Source: Fistulifera solaris (taxonomy: Eukaryota). From it: 64,000 nt of DNA. Below are positions 1 through 12,207 of this stretch, piece after piece (position 1 is the first letter of the stretch; each line of letters begins with the position of its first letter). The DNA lies in assembly GCA_030295235.1 (NCBI GenBank), contig AP026139.1:682001-746000 (forward strand). Reading direction: 5' to 3'. Under the pieces are notes generated by a model. The model saw only the letters and a list, made by a program, of their open reading frames with translations, ran no database searches and was not told where the DNA came from. Position numbers and translations under genes: made by a program.

Positions 1-435
1 GCGATATTGCCTTTATCGATCGGTACGTAAACAAAAGTGCGTTTTTTCATCAATTTAGTGGCCTGTAAAAACCTGTCACGAACGAATGGCTTACGTGTTG
101 TTGTTCTTCGTAATTACAGCGCGGTATGGCATCAAGCCGATCCAATTACGAAAGGAACGCGCTGGGCGCTAGTGATTTTCTACAGAGTGCTTTGATGGAT
201 GATGCCACGGAAATAGACTATATACAGATTATAATTCTGGAAAGAGAGAGCAGCTTGAATCAAGGACTTTAAGTGAGACTTGAATTGCTTTTGTATTAAC
301 TGACCATCGGCTAGAGCTATCATACCATTCGTTAGGGAAAACCAGAAATAATTTAGATCAATGTAGGAGGAATAGCAACGAACTTGTCTATAAATTTAGC
401 ACAAGTTTATGCTACGCAGTTGTATAATAATTTGT

Positions 436-1094
436 TTATTCCCATCCGGCCTCCGAGGAACTGATCACATAAGCGGCAACATTGGCAATCTCATCATCAG
501 CTAGACGTCCGCCGAAAGCAGGCATGGCGTTCTTTCCGTTGGTGACTTGGCTGATGACGGCCTTCTCGTTTCGGCCACCAGCCAAGTATTGCTCCAAGGC
601 CTCCTTCTCCAAGGTCTTTTCGGGCATGATCACGTTTTGTCCTCCAGCGTGGCAAGCGGCGCAGTTGGCGTTGAAGACTTGTTCTCCGGCGGCAACATCG
701 GCGGCGAAGACGGGTTGACTGGCGATGACCGCAGCAGCACCAATGGTGGCGGCACCTTGGGCAGCCTGATGAGAACAGCGATCATAGAACGTGAGAGATA
801 TCGAGACATTCAACATAAAAACGAAAGAATATTTGTAATGTCAAGATGTTGTTGAAGAGAGACAGCAAGTTATTGATTCACAGTTCGTGTTGGCACGAGC
901 CAAGCACGAGGTAACGGACGGAGAAAGCGTGCCTACGTTTTTCCCTGGCGCTCCTTTTTGCAGCGACGCAACCTGTTGCGGAAGGATCGGCTTTCTGCTT
1001 TCTGGGGAACGATTTATAACATTTGCAAACGTACCTGCTTAATAGAGAAAGCCGAAGCACTGGCGAGAAGGGAGGCAACAATAGCGATCTTCAT
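436..1094 (-). CDS. petJ: Cytochrome c6, plastid/thylakoid-lumen targeted; exons 1094-1035 and 765-436
   Basis: Exon 1 [20 protein letters not shown] (ASAF motif); GT-AG intron 1034-766; lumen leader ending VFA; mature [18 protein letters not shown] (CxxCH) and [12 protein letters not shown]. Confidence 0.95.
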
Positions 1095-1754
1095 TTTATT
1101 GATTATTGTATTGTATTGGTGTTTATTACGGTCGTTTTTGACAAAAGTGTGTCTTTTTTATCTCGACGTCTGTGTTGAGAAAGCACGGTCAAGAGAGAAG
1201 GTCCAACGTAAGGGACGGCGAACGGCGACTGACGAAAGTTGAATGTATCTTTTGGATTTGGTGTTCCGACGGAATCTTGCCATCTTTTGGTGAAGAGCTA
1301 TGGTCTCTCGGCAAGTAAAAGGTAAATCTGGGAGTGTGGACTATCTTGGAGTGTACCAAACGCGCCCGTCACGCGCAGACTACGTCCACTGTTTCTACGA
1401 ACACCACCGCCGCTCGGAGACGTCAACAAGTTGTCAAACTTGGATCTTGCAATCGGAAGAGGAGGACGAACGCCAGATTCCAGATTCCATGATGACGCCG
1501 TTGTTACAAGAACTCGGTTGATGACAGACGATCGGAAATCGGAACTACTGTCCGTCATCCGTCCGCGAAACGACGTGGCAGGGTCGCACGTCTCGCTGTT
1601 TCAAACACGCGCAGAACAGAAATCAAAACCTCGCCCGTACTCGCAAACCTGCACCGTAAATTGTTGTGAGCAATATACTTGTAGCATTCCATTGTCGATC
1701 TTTCTCCTTTCCCTCTTTTGTGCAAGAAAGATTCATTACAATCATTAATCAACC

Positions 1755-2780
1755 ATGAAACAAGTAGATTTACCGAAATGGCGTGACGACCCCTTCGAGT
1801 CGTTCAGTGACTGGAAAATAGAAATCGCATGCGACGACGACGATGACGACGACCGTCATCAATGGAAAGTCTATCCTGTACACAAGACATTTCTGGCACA
1901 CGGATCCCGACGTAGTGAATACTTTTCACGATTGTTTCACAGTGAAACAAGATTTAAAGAAAATGCAGTAAATACGAGTCATATCGTGCTCCATCTGATC
2001 GCAGTCGAGGCATTTCCCGTGCTTTTGGATTACATCTATGGTTCCGCGTTGAGTATCACTTCCGAGAACGCCACCGCTCTGCATCATTTGGGAGAATACT
2101 TTGAAATCAACCCGTTGCAGCAAACTGCTTTGGAATTCTGTCAACAGAATATGTCATTGGAAAATTTACATCTCTATTACGTTGCTGCCCAGCAACTTTG
2201 CAATGAGCCCGTCATGAGTCTCGTCACGGAGTTTTTGAGGGCCCATGTGGACAACGTTCTGCCCACTCATTTGATTGTCGAGCAATCCCATCCTCAGCTA
2301 TGGATCGAAGCATTGGGACTGGATCCGAGTCAAGGAAACAAACGATGCAACATTTACGATACGAGCGATCTGAGTCTGGTCATTGCCAAGATGTGTCGAA
2401 ATCAAAATGAAGACACGCTGGATGCGAAGACTTTTCATACGCTGGCCGAATTTCTGACGATGATCCACCCAAACGCCGCCTTGGATTTATGTGAATTGGC
2501 GGATCGCTATCGTTTTGATGATGCGAATCATCATGGTGCTCTTCCTGGTCTCGACTTGTTTCAAGAACGATGCGCCAGCACTTTGTCCAATCAATGGCAA
2601 GATTTACAAAGCATGGATGATTTACAGGTAGAAAAGATGTTGCAAAGAAGTCCGGAATTCCTGGTGAGCCTCCTCATGCAGTCGTCGAAGCGAGCAACAC
2701 GAGAAGTGGACAGACTATCGACCGAACTTGTGCAGAGTGAAAAGCTCTTGATTGCCGCACAAAAAATACAGTGGCGATAA
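1755..2780 (+). CDS. BTB/POZ domain protein, copy 1 (intact, 341 aa)
   Basis: WRDDP.ESFSDWKIEI...VHKTFLA.G.RRSEYF..LF...AFPVLLDYIYG...L.EYF BTB signature. Confidence 0.85.
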   Translation: MKQVDLPKWRDDPFESFSDWKIEIACDDDDDDDRHQWKVYPVHKTFLAHGSRRSEYFSRLFHSETRFKENAVNTSHIVLHLIAVEAFPVLLDYIYGSALSITSENATALHHLGEYFEINPLQQTALEFCQQNMSLENLHLYYVAAQQLCNEPVMSLVTEFLRAHVDNVLPTHLIVEQSHPQLWIEALGLDPSQGNKRCNIYDTSDLSLVIAKMCRNQNEDTLDAKTFHTLAEFLTMIHPNAALDLCELADRYRFDDANHHGALPGLDLFQERCASTLSNQWQDLQSMDDLQVEKMLQRSPEFLVSLLMQSSKRATREVDRLSTELVQSEKLLIAAQKIQWR

Positions 2781-3685
2781 GTGGAATCGACTGAAGATGA
2801 TACAGGATACAGGATAGCAAGCAAGATCATGAACGGTTGGGTTGGCAATATAGTCCGTGGGCTACGTAATTATAAGGAGGATGGGAGTCAAAAGTAGCTT
2901 TCGAAAACCAGATTCAAGCAGAGAGGACGCTACTTACCCTGAAACTTTTAATGAAAACGGTAGGCGATTAATCGAAAAAGCCACCAGGACCGACTCGAAG
3001 TGATATCCAGAAGGCTTTTTGATAGCGGAACGCAAACGTAAGAGTTTCTTGACATAGAAAGGCTTTGAGGGTTTAACAGTGCGAGTCATATGCGCAGCAA
3101 TAAAAGGGATAAATGCCTGATCATCCAGGGTTAATGTATTAATCTAAGGGTCTGGAGCTGTCGTCAATGTATTCCTTGGCTTTGATGCTAACTAGCTAGC
3201 CGTGACTTCTCACATGCGCGAGAATCATGATCACCTGTTTTGATCGACACCGACTTGTGTACCAATTGAAATATTTCGGGGAATCATATCAACTAGTTGT
3301 TCGCGTGAAAGAAGCTAAGTTGCATTATCCATGTGAAACACAGCTTCGTGTCTACATAATTATCGAACGTTTGGATTCTGGCCCTTACCAGGGTACCAGG
3401 AAGGTGAGGGAAATTGTGTACTTTCACGTAGACTCCCGTAGAAAAATGTACCAAGCAGAGGTGCGTTCCCGTGTCTCCCAGTGGATCGATTCCGTTCCTT
3501 GCAAAATCGTAGTGGTACTGAAACTTGCCGTTCCAACGAGAATAAAAAGAACGCACTTCTGCGTGAATTTTGTGAATACTTTGTAAAGAATAAAGATCTT
3601 TGGCAGCGACGTGCATTTATATAGTTCATCACAGCAGCTCGTTTATCCCTCCCAACTCCAATCTTATAGACTTGCACTACATCAA

Positions 3686-4779
3686 ATGGATCATAGCAAT
3701 CGAGAAAAATGGCGCAACGACCCCACCAAATCATTTAGCGATTGGAAAATCGAGATTGTTGTCAATGATGACAGCCGGTGCAGCAGAACATATCATGTTC
3801 ACAAGACGTTTCTAGCGCACGGACCCCGACGAAGCGAGTACTTTGCCATGCTGTTTCACAAAGAAGACTATCAAGAACATCAAACGAATCAAAGTCAGAT
3901 CATGCTCCATCCTCTCGCTGCAGAAACATTTCCCACGTTTTTGGATTACGTTTATGGATCTAAACTGACCGTCACCGCGGAGACTGCCACCGCTCTGCAT
4001 CACCTGGCAGAGTACTTTCAAATTAGGAGTTTGTTGAGCGAACTTTTGGGATTCTTCGCATTTGATAGTCCTATGTCAATGGAGAATGTACACATTTATT
4101 ATCTACATGCCAAATATCTCTGCGACGTATTCGTCATGGGCCTGGTCACATCCTTTTGAGGACTCGTATTCAAGCTGTTCTTCCGACACACCCGATTGTT
4201 GAGCATTCGGATCCTCAGCTGTGGGCAAACGTTTGTCGTTTAGACCCAAAGAAATGGAATGTAGGAGCAACCATTGATAACTCCTGTAAATGGAGCCGGA
4301 TTGTGGCTAAAGTTTGCACACATCAGGGTGAAGATACGCTAGATTCGGAATCGTTTCAAACTCTCACGACTCCGCTGGCTTCGATCGATCCAAGTGTAGC
4401 CTTGGACTTATGTAAGTTAGAGGACCGTCTCTATTGCAAGAGCGACAATGACGAAGCTCCATCCTGTCTTTCTTTGCTCCAGGAACGATGCGTCAGCGCC
4501 TTGTCAGAGGACTGGAAAGGATTGAACGGCTCGGATGTAAAGCAGGTCGAAAATCTAATGCAGAGAAGTCCGGAATTCCTTGTGAAACTTTTGATTCAGT
4601 CGGTGAAAGAAGCTTCGCAGGAAGTGGATCGGCTCTCGTTTGAGCTTGACAGCTGCAACAAAGCGGTGACAGAAACACCAACTCGTCGAGCTGAGCCCGC
4701 TATCGCTAAAGTTAGCGGTAAGAGAGGACGGGACGAGGACGACGGTGAGTACCAGAGATATTATTGGGAGGTGTGGTAA
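3686..4779 (+). CDS. BTB/POZ domain protein, copy 2 (one apparent frameshift near 4155)
   Basis: Same BTB motifs; ORFs 3611-4159 and 4156-4779 join if one T is added to the run in TCCTTTTGAGG; C-terminal half aligns with copy 1 (LLQERC, MQRSPEFLV). Confidence 0.8.
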
Positions 4780-5150
4780 AGCAGACGCTGAAGAAGGCGG
4801 TGAACAATGTCTGGTTATGAAGCTGAAAATACATTAGAGGAGTTAAATAAAAGGTCTGTCAAGACTTCGAGGAAACGATTAAATGCATTCGAAAGGCATG
4901 TGCTCGATTCTTTGGCTAGATAACCTTCATGGGTCAAACTTTTCGAAGGGCTGTTGCTTAGTATAGGGTAAAGTGTAGGCCGCAGTACGCCACGACTGAT
5001 TTGCAGTCACGCATGTGATGGTGATGATTTTTTTATCATTCCGCCGCTTTGTTTCAAATTTTTTTACTCCGGGGTATTATTCATCTGCCCTCACTTTGCC
5101 TTCCACTGGTATATCATTCCTTTTCGTTCTTGCAATCTCTAGAGACTTCA

Positions 5151-6205
5151 ATGGATGAAGAAGATCAACCGAAATGGCGGGACGATCCTAGCGATTCGTT
5201 TAGCGATTGGAAAATAGAGATCATCTCACAAGACATGGGTGAGAACGGCGCTGAAACCCATCACTTTCATGTACACAAATTGTTTCTCGCAAACGGATCG
5301 AGACGAAGCGAATACTCCTTTAAACTGTTTCGCAGTGAAACAAGCTTCAAAGAAAACCAGTCAGATACTAGCCAGATCACGCTCGATCCTCTTGCTGGCA
5401 CAGCGTTTCCTTTTCTTCTGGATTACATCTACGGTGCTAATTTGTGTATCACGACGGAGACGGCTACTGCATTGCACCATTTAGCAGAATATTTTGAAAT
5501 CGAACCGCTGCAACGCAAGGCACTGAAATTTTTAGAAGCGGACATGTCGGTGGAGAATGTGCATCATTATTACGTTCACGCCAAACAGCTCTGCCATGAG
5601 CCAGTCATGAGCATCCTTACGGACTTTTTGAAACGAAACATATCTGCTGTACGTCCGACGACCCCCATTGTGGAGCAGTCAAGCCCAGATCTATGGTTGA
5701 GTGTGCTGGGTCTCGATGGCGATCATGAAAAGATAGAAATTGGCAACACTGTTCTATTGAGTTAGGTCATTGCCAAAATGTGCATCCGACAGACCAAAGA
5801 GACTCTGGATGCGGCAACATTTCATACCCTTGCAGACGGACTGACGCAAATTCACTCCAGCGTAGCTTGGGAATTGTCGGAGCTGGCGGATGCGTATCGT
5901 CTTCACGACAAAAAGGTTGAAACAAAGTCTGGCCTCCCATTGATCCAGGAACGGTGCATTGTCTCTCTTGCCGCTGATTGGCAAACTTTAGACGGGAAGG
6001 ATAAAGCTCAGGTTGAAAAATGAGACAGAGAAGTCCGGATTTCCTCGTGGACCTTTTAGTGCAAGTAGTGCGCGAAGCATCACGGGAATTAATAAAAATG
6101 TCTTCGAAATTTGCTGAATGTAAAAGAAAGGTAAAAGAGAAGAATGCCATCAGGGGATATCGAGGTTATTCAGTGCGCTATCCAAGCGATTCGTCTAGCG
6201 ATTAG
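5151..6205 (+). pseudogene. BTB/POZ protein, copy 3, with in-frame TAG at 5763-5765 and frameshift near 6020
   Basis: Aligns to copy 1 across the stop (LSLVIAKMC vs LS*VIAKMC); RSPDFLV resumes in another frame. Confidence 0.65.
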
Positions 6206-7050
6206 AAGATTGAGACAATGTCACCTGAAGATAGCGCATACAGCGGAACACATCTTGTTCATAAGACATTTCTCACGCACGGGCTTAGAGTATTTTCCGA
6301 AGCGAAGATCGCTTCGAGAAAAAACGCTCACATACGAGCCGTATTGAGTTAGAAGTGTTCTCGGCTGGGGCTTTTCTACACTTTTGGACTTTGTCTACGG
6401 ACACGATGTGACTATTGATGCGGTAAGCGCAAGCGCTTTGCTCGAGTGGAGAACTTTGAAATCAAACAATTGACGCTCGAGTCTCTCATTCTGTCAGCAA
6501 GACATGTCAGCAAATAACGTGCACGTTTATTATGTTTCTGCAAAACAGCACATAAGGAGGCAGTCTTGGATCTGATTCTCAACTTTTGCGAAACAATTTA
6601 AATGATATCCAAAACATCGCATCGTAGAATGGTCCCATCCCCAATTCTGCGTTTGTATGACAGTCCTGTGAGTAAACGAATAAAGGGCTCTCGTCACTTA
6701 AGCAAACTGATTACTAAGCTATCCTTGAATCATGGATGTGGAAACTTTTGAAAAACACATCGACCGCTGATTTCGATCGATTCCAACGTCGCAATCAATT
6801 TGTATGCATTGTCGGATTGATGCATTCGAATGATACGGACTATGCCTTTCCGAGTCACCAATTACTCATGAAACGATGCGTGCGAGCATTGTCGCAGAAT
6901 TTGGAGAACGCTAGGCCAATGGAAGGTCAAAAACGTGATACAGAAATGCCAGCAATTTCTACGGAACCCTCTGCAGGAGATGTTCAAACGCTCTCTTGGA
7001 AATGGAACAGAAATAACGGACAGCCTATTCTATTTGTCTTATGACAATGT
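6182..7050 (+). pseudogene. Heavily degraded BTB/POZ copy 4
   Basis: Fragments in shifting frames: PSDSSSD*KIE, LVHKTFL, LLDFVYG, MSANNVHVYYV, LLMKRCVRALSQ. Confidence 0.65.
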
Positions 7051-7244
7051 TGCGCCCGTTCGATTTGACATGTGTTTGAGAATGAGCGTGGACCGTGTGG
7101 GCAGTCAATTATGGATGCATGGCATGAGCAGACTCTCTGACATAATACATAGTACATATTGCGAAACTGAGCTCCTTGTTAATCCATTCATTCTGTGGGT
7201 GGCAGCGACAGTGAAACGCCTTTCGTCACGATTAATGCAGGTGC

Positions 7245-8057
7245 TTATCGCACCATCACCGGTTTGATGGTAGATTTGAGAGAGAACCAGGTCAACTGAT
7301 CCGGTGGATTGTTATCATTTGTATTATGAAGTATCCGAACATGGCAGACAGTGGGAGGGTGAGAACAAGGCGTTTGCAGAAGCTTCTGAAAGCACCACTC
7401 GCGACGATGAATCCAGTTGGCGGGATGTTGGAGAGGAGAAGCAGCCGTCGCGCCGACTACACCAATACTGAGATACAGTTGTTGTCGAGGTGATGAACTC
7501 GTAGTAGTTGTATCATCGTGTTGCAGTATCGTTCTTATGACTTTGCGAGACAGGGGAGCTTCGTCGTCCAGGACTTGAGAATTTGCACCGAAAAGAGACG
7601 AAGCATCGATCCAATACAGACTCCGCGGACAAGCAAACGAAGTACCACAGCTCAGTAATACACATTTGATATGTGAAGAATGCAATTCATTGTGTAGCGA
7701 TTCTTCCAGTTGTATTATTTGTTGTCGCAACCGCATCATCTTTGGTAGTACTCGTTGTGGTTGTGTCACGACTGTACTATGATTCGACAAGAGCTGCTCG
7801 ATCGGCCACGGTGAGAAGCCGCGTGTGCATAAGAGATACCGAAAGACTGCCTGCGCGGATATACGAAGCACCGCGGATGATGCGAGTGGCCGAGGCAACA
7901 TTAGATCGAGAGTGGTGATCGACGGACACGTCTTATTGTGAGAAGGACGCGTTCGTCGACGGCATTTCGTTGCGGCAGATCGTTGGCGTCGTTCATTCTT
8001 CTTATCAAACGTAGATTCAGCGATTGCTCTCTCTAGTGAGTTGTTGCTTGAAGCCAT
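7245..8057 (-). CDS. Putative p31comet/MAD2L1-binding protein-like HORMA protein (possible start at 7901)
   Basis: Colinear motifs FRYLLCTRGFSPWPIEQL, VLLSCGTSFACPRSLYWID, LSRKVIRTIL and C-terminal LTWFSLKSTIK resemble p31comet as I recall it. Confidence 0.5.
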   Translation of the reverse strand: MASSNNSLERAIAESTFDKKNERRQRSAATKCRRRTRPSHNKTCPSITTLDLMLPRPLASSAVLRISAQAVFRYLLCTRGFSPWPIEQLLSNHSTVVTQPQRVLPKMMRLRQQIIQLEESLHNELHSSHIKCVLLSCGTSFACPRSLYWIDASSLFGANSQVLDDEAPLSRKVIRTILQHDDTTTTSSSPRQQLYLSIGVVGATAASPLQHPANWIHRREWCFQKLLQTPCSHPPTVCHVRILHNTNDNNPPDQLTWFSLKSTIKPVMVR

Positions 8058-8434
8058 TTAATTGTTATATCTTAAACATTTCTGTTCCAGTACAAATGTA
8101 ATGTACTGTAGGTAATGAATAATGAATAATGAATGATGAAAAACGTTTTTGACGTACAAATCGATGTGACGTTAACTGGACGTTACATATGCCTAAATAG
8201 AAAGAGTAAGAATTTTCGGAAGTTGTATAAGTACGTAATAGGCATTTTCATCCAACGGATAAGCTGATTAAGCGTTGAGGTCGATTTGGAGAAGCGGCGG
8301 CCACATAAATTTCTCCACCTTTCTGTAACCTTTTCTCGTCTTCGAAAACGCCTTTCGTCTCTAAATTCATTGACATCCCTTCTTTGCATCCTATTGCTTT
8401 CATTCTCGATAAAACGAAGAAACAAGTAACAATA

Positions 8435-9032
8435 ATGGCCATCAGTGAAACTCCCACAGAAGGAATAGTCTCGCAACGAAAGAGTTTTTGGTCTCGCTTT
8501 CGCCGTCAGACAAAGAATAACGAACGCTGGCCTTCGGTTTCCCAGAACAATAAGGCAATTTCCCCACACCATCCTGTCGTTAACGAACAAGCACCTACAG
8601 CGCGAGAAGCGGCTTTTTCGGGACCACCGCGTTATGACTGGATGGATATTGTACGTCTCGGAAAATACTTCGTTGTTGCTCTTGTCGTTTCAGTATCGCA
8701 CTCACACAACCTTCGTAGGAAACGGCAGCCGCTATACAAATACAAGCGGCGTATCGACGTCATCATGTTCTGCAGCAATTGGAAAAGAGGGTCATTTGAC
8801 GGCCCCCATTCGTCAACGGCAACAACTACGTAGTGTTCCCAATCTCTTGGCCTGTTGTGGCGTGGGATTCCTGTTTGATTACAATGATGAACTGGAGCGT
8901 CAAGAACACTATAGCAGGCAGAAACAGGAACGAGCGGACCGGGAAGCACAATTGCGAGATCAATTTTTGCGAAAACAGCGACAGTGTGAAGCGGAAACTC
9001 CGGTGATCGAAGCATTTGAAGTAGTTGAGTGA
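8435..9032 (+). CDS. Small IQ-motif protein; intron 8651-8718; apparent frameshift near 8785
   Basis: Spliced product reads YDWMDI|ETAAAIQIQAAYRRHHV (IQxxxR); adding one A in GGAAAAGAGG joins it to the ORF ending at 9032. Confidence 0.6.
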
Positions 9033-9125
9033 AGGGGGAAACGTCATTTTTTGTGAAATCTAAGCGAAGTTATGAAGTTTATTTGTTATTGAAAAAGTTA
9101 TGAATTTTATTATTTAAACTTCATG

Positions 9126-10709
9126 CTAACCCAGTTGCACACATCCAAGAGCATCGGGAATATCATAGACACCATCGACCGCCCACGGCTGATCGTTAAC
9201 ACGATATCGCACCGGACGAACCGGATACGGCAATGGGATTTTCCACGCCTGCGGTATCGTCGTTCCGTACGGTGCCAACTTGGTTTCATCGGATGAACCT
9301 AACCAGACGCCCAACTCCCAGTGACGAATAAACAAGCGTCGACCCGCAGATCGCATTTGCCCTTCGCCCCAAGCCGCCTTGCTCAAATTGTGACTCGTCA
9401 AGACGAACCATTCCATCGTATCGTCCGCACTATTATCGTTCGCATCATCGGTACTCCCACCGTTTGACAACTGGTAATATGTTTTAATGTGCCCGACGTG
9501 TTTTCTTCCCTCATCCGACCATCGATGATACAATGGACGCAAAAATGCTTTCGAGACATTTCGGTAGGGTCCCGGCACCGATCCACCTCCCGCATATCCT
9601 TCGTACGATGTTCGAATTTGTTCGACGGTTGGATACACCAGTTGCAATTTTTGTGCCAGAGAAACTTGAGATGGGGAAGGACGTTCGTGTTTGGGGCGAG
9701 TGGCCGAAAGAACGTCCATGGATTGATACAATTCGTTCAAGTACTTTTCCGTCAGCGACCCCATGGATGAAAATTGACACACGACCGGTCCCACACTGTT
9801 TGCTGGTGATGGATGCTTCGTATTTCTAGTCCATCGCTGTCGAAGCAGTTGTTGAATGCGCAAGTGACCTTGCAAGGCACGATTCGGATGTTCCGAATCA
9901 CTCACTCGATGATACCCCGGTGTCGATGGTACTAACGCCACGGTCGCTGATGAGAAATCATATTGCCTTAACCATTGTGTAAGCGAACAGGGAGATGTCT
10001 GAGTTGATGGCGACCATATTCGTGGTCGAATGTAATCATATGTCTCAAAATACGCCACCAGATCATGTTCAAAGTCGGAGGATGACGATAAACGCTCTGT
10101 GGTTTTCAGTGGGAAATCTTGAATACAAGCGCCTTGTATCTTACGATAAATATCCCGTTCCAGTAAATTCGCCGTATGAATAATGAGACGGAGTTTTTCT
10201 TGTTGTGTTGTTTCTTCTCTATAACCGAATAAAATGATCTTCGAATGATGCACGCCGTAGGGAATCCGCAAAGGCAAAGGATTGTGGAGACTTCGCGGTG
10301 GATCACTGGGTCGTAACAAGCGTACATCGACGGATGTCGCTTGTTTCCATTGCATCAAATACTCTGGATTCGTTTCGTGTCCGTAGAACACGGTAACTTG
10401 TGGAATCGTGAGCAATTCGGGAATTTCGTGTAACAAGAATTCAAAATCAATCATGTAATTGCAAAGAATCATGGAATGGATCGTCAACGACGCTGTTGCC
10501 ATGTCGTAGCCGAGCATTTCTCGGAAGGATCGATCATTAGGAGTTCGTTCGCGATCTCGTGTGGTGAACAAGTAAATGGGAGCTTGCGAAGGATGATGAT
10601 GATTCGGCTTGTTTCGTTTCTCGTCCGACGACGACGACAGCGATTCGGTAGCAGATCGCTTGCGATGGGAGAGACTATCAATGCCTGTATCTGACGGAAC
10701 AGGTTCCAT
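9126..10709 (-). CDS. TDP1: Tyrosyl-DNA phosphodiesterase 1
   Basis: Two catalytic HxK motifs (YGVHHSKI, HIKTY) plus IHTANL, QFSSMGSL and TSHNLSKAAWG. Confidence 0.93.
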   Translation of the reverse strand: MEPVPSDTGIDSLSHRKRSATESLSSSSDEKRNKPNHHHPSQAPIYLFTTRDRERTPNDRSFREMLGYDMATASLTIHSMILCNYMIDFEFLLHEIPELLTIPQVTVFYGHETNPEYLMQWKQATSVDVRLLRPSDPPRSLHNPLPLRIPYGVHHSKIILFGYREETTQQEKLRLIIHTANLLERDIYRKIQGACIQDFPLKTTERLSSSSDFEHDLVAYFETYDYIRPRIWSPSTQTSPCSLTQWLRQYDFSSATVALVPSTPGYHRVSDSEHPNRALQGHLRIQQLLRQRWTRNTKHPSPANSVGPVVCQFSSMGSLTEKYLNELYQSMDVLSATRPKHERPSPSQVSLAQKLQLVYPTVEQIRTSYEGYAGGGSVPGPYRNVSKAFLRPLYHRWSDEGRKHVGHIKTYYQLSNGGSTDDANDNSADDTMEWFVLTSHNLSKAAWGEGQMRSAGRRLFIRHWELGVWLGSSDETKLAPYGTTIPQAWKIPLPYPVRPVRYRVNDQPWAVDGVYDIPDALGCVQLG

Positions 10710-11706
10710 GGTTTCACGCAAAGAGATGAATATAGAACCTATGCATTACGGTAATGGTAGATTACATTCCGCGTATGATGAAGGAAATGCATGGATGCGG
10801 GTTTTGTTTCTCTCATGTTGCGCCAGGAATGCTTCCTCCTTGACTATAGGGGTAATGTGTCCGCTTATCCCGACTGGACTTCAGTCATGAGTCATGTGTG
10901 ATGCTAGACTCATAAAAATCAGTGACATGGGCGCTCTCTCTAGAGTGTTGTTGGACTACAAAATGTTCAAGCTTAGCGTCTTACGTTTCTGGAGTAAGAT
11001 ACCAGATACAGATAAAATAAAATCGTTGTATTTTTGCCATGAGAAACGCTTCGAATATCGTCCTTCGTCATTAGGTTTAGGGGTAATGTGTAGGCGGCAG
11101 CATTTCGACCCGACTGGATCTCAGATATCAGTCATGAGGTCTTGTTCAGGAGGATAAACATACCGTTGGGACGTCCTACCAGGTATTATTATTTACGTAA
11201 TGACAGCATGAACCAACACCGTTGAAATTTCTACTACTCTGAAATTGAAAGAAAGAGCGTATTCTATTTTGTTTGAGGAGAAACAGTTACTAATCAAACT
11301 ATGAAACAGACGAGACAACGCAAAAACGCGAAAGAGAGCGGTTCGGTAGCGAGCAAAAGCGCAAGACCGAAGACGCATTCCTGAATCAGGACACTGCAGG
11401 ATCTGGGGTTTCACGCAACACTAAGAAACGAACTGTTTCTCAGCACCTTTCTCCGCATGCTGAGACAAATCGAGTCAAAACTGCGTCTTCGGAAAGTACG
11501 GCTCGTTCTCGCACGAGTCATGGCGAACAAGTACAGCGAGTCGAAGAGCATCATCCTTTAGCTCCCAGACAATATTCGTTAGTCTGGTTGTATAAGGCGG
11601 CAGGTAGAAGGGAGAAAGGAGCAGATGAAACGGAGCTTATAGTGACCTTACGGCTAAAGAAGAGAAAAAGATGTGAAAGGATGGCTTCGAAATATAGAAC
11701 ACGAAA

Positions 11707-12207
11707 TTGACCCGCAGTCAACGCCACCGAATTTCATCTCGACACAAGCAACACCGCGACTTCACCTTTCCGACAAGGAGAGAAAAAGCATATAAATTAC
11801 TCCTTCTGGTCAAGCCTCATTTCGAGGCGATCAAACTTGTTGCTCATGCGTGGGGTGTCGGTCGAAAGGCGATGGAACGATTGGAAAAGAGGGCAATCTC
11901 CAGTCAAGACATGACTATACGAAGGAAGAAACGGAGCGATGCCGGAAAGACCCTTCTAAATTCGGAAGAAAAACGTCGCTCTGTATACACCCCGAGATTT
12001 ATTTTTGCCAAGCTACTGCGTGAGCGAAATCCTGGTAAACAATTTCGACAAGAAGATATCGATAAAGCTTGGGATGTTGCTGACGAAGCAACGAGGAAGG
12101 AGTGTTCCGATTTGAGAGATAAATGGCTGAGTGAAGGTCTTCCTATCAATCACGAAAACTCTAAGGAAAACGATGACGCTATCTCTGAAAACCAGTGGCA
12201 GCTTTAA
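11707..12207 (+). CDS. Basic hypothetical protein, possibly DNA-binding; 5' end unresolved
   Basis: 166-aa ORF with RRKKRSDAGKT; non-ATG start; upstream ATG at 11301 is not in an open frame with it. Confidence 0.35.
   Translation: MTRSQRHRISSRHKQHRDFTFPTRREKAYKLLLLVKPHFEAIKLVAHAWGVGRKAMERLEKRAISSQDMTIRRKKRSDAGKTLLNSEEKRRSVYTPRFIFAKLLRERNPGKQFRQEDIDKAWDVADEATRKECSDLRDKWLSEGLPINHENSKENDDAISENQWQL

Noticed and set aside
3227..3616. Overlapping 100-120 aa ORFs between BTB copies 1 and 2
   Set aside because: No motifs or similarity to neighbours; probably chance
11707..12207. Transposase, suggested by the RKKRSDAG motif
   Set aside because: No DDE domain, terminal inverted repeats or target duplication seen
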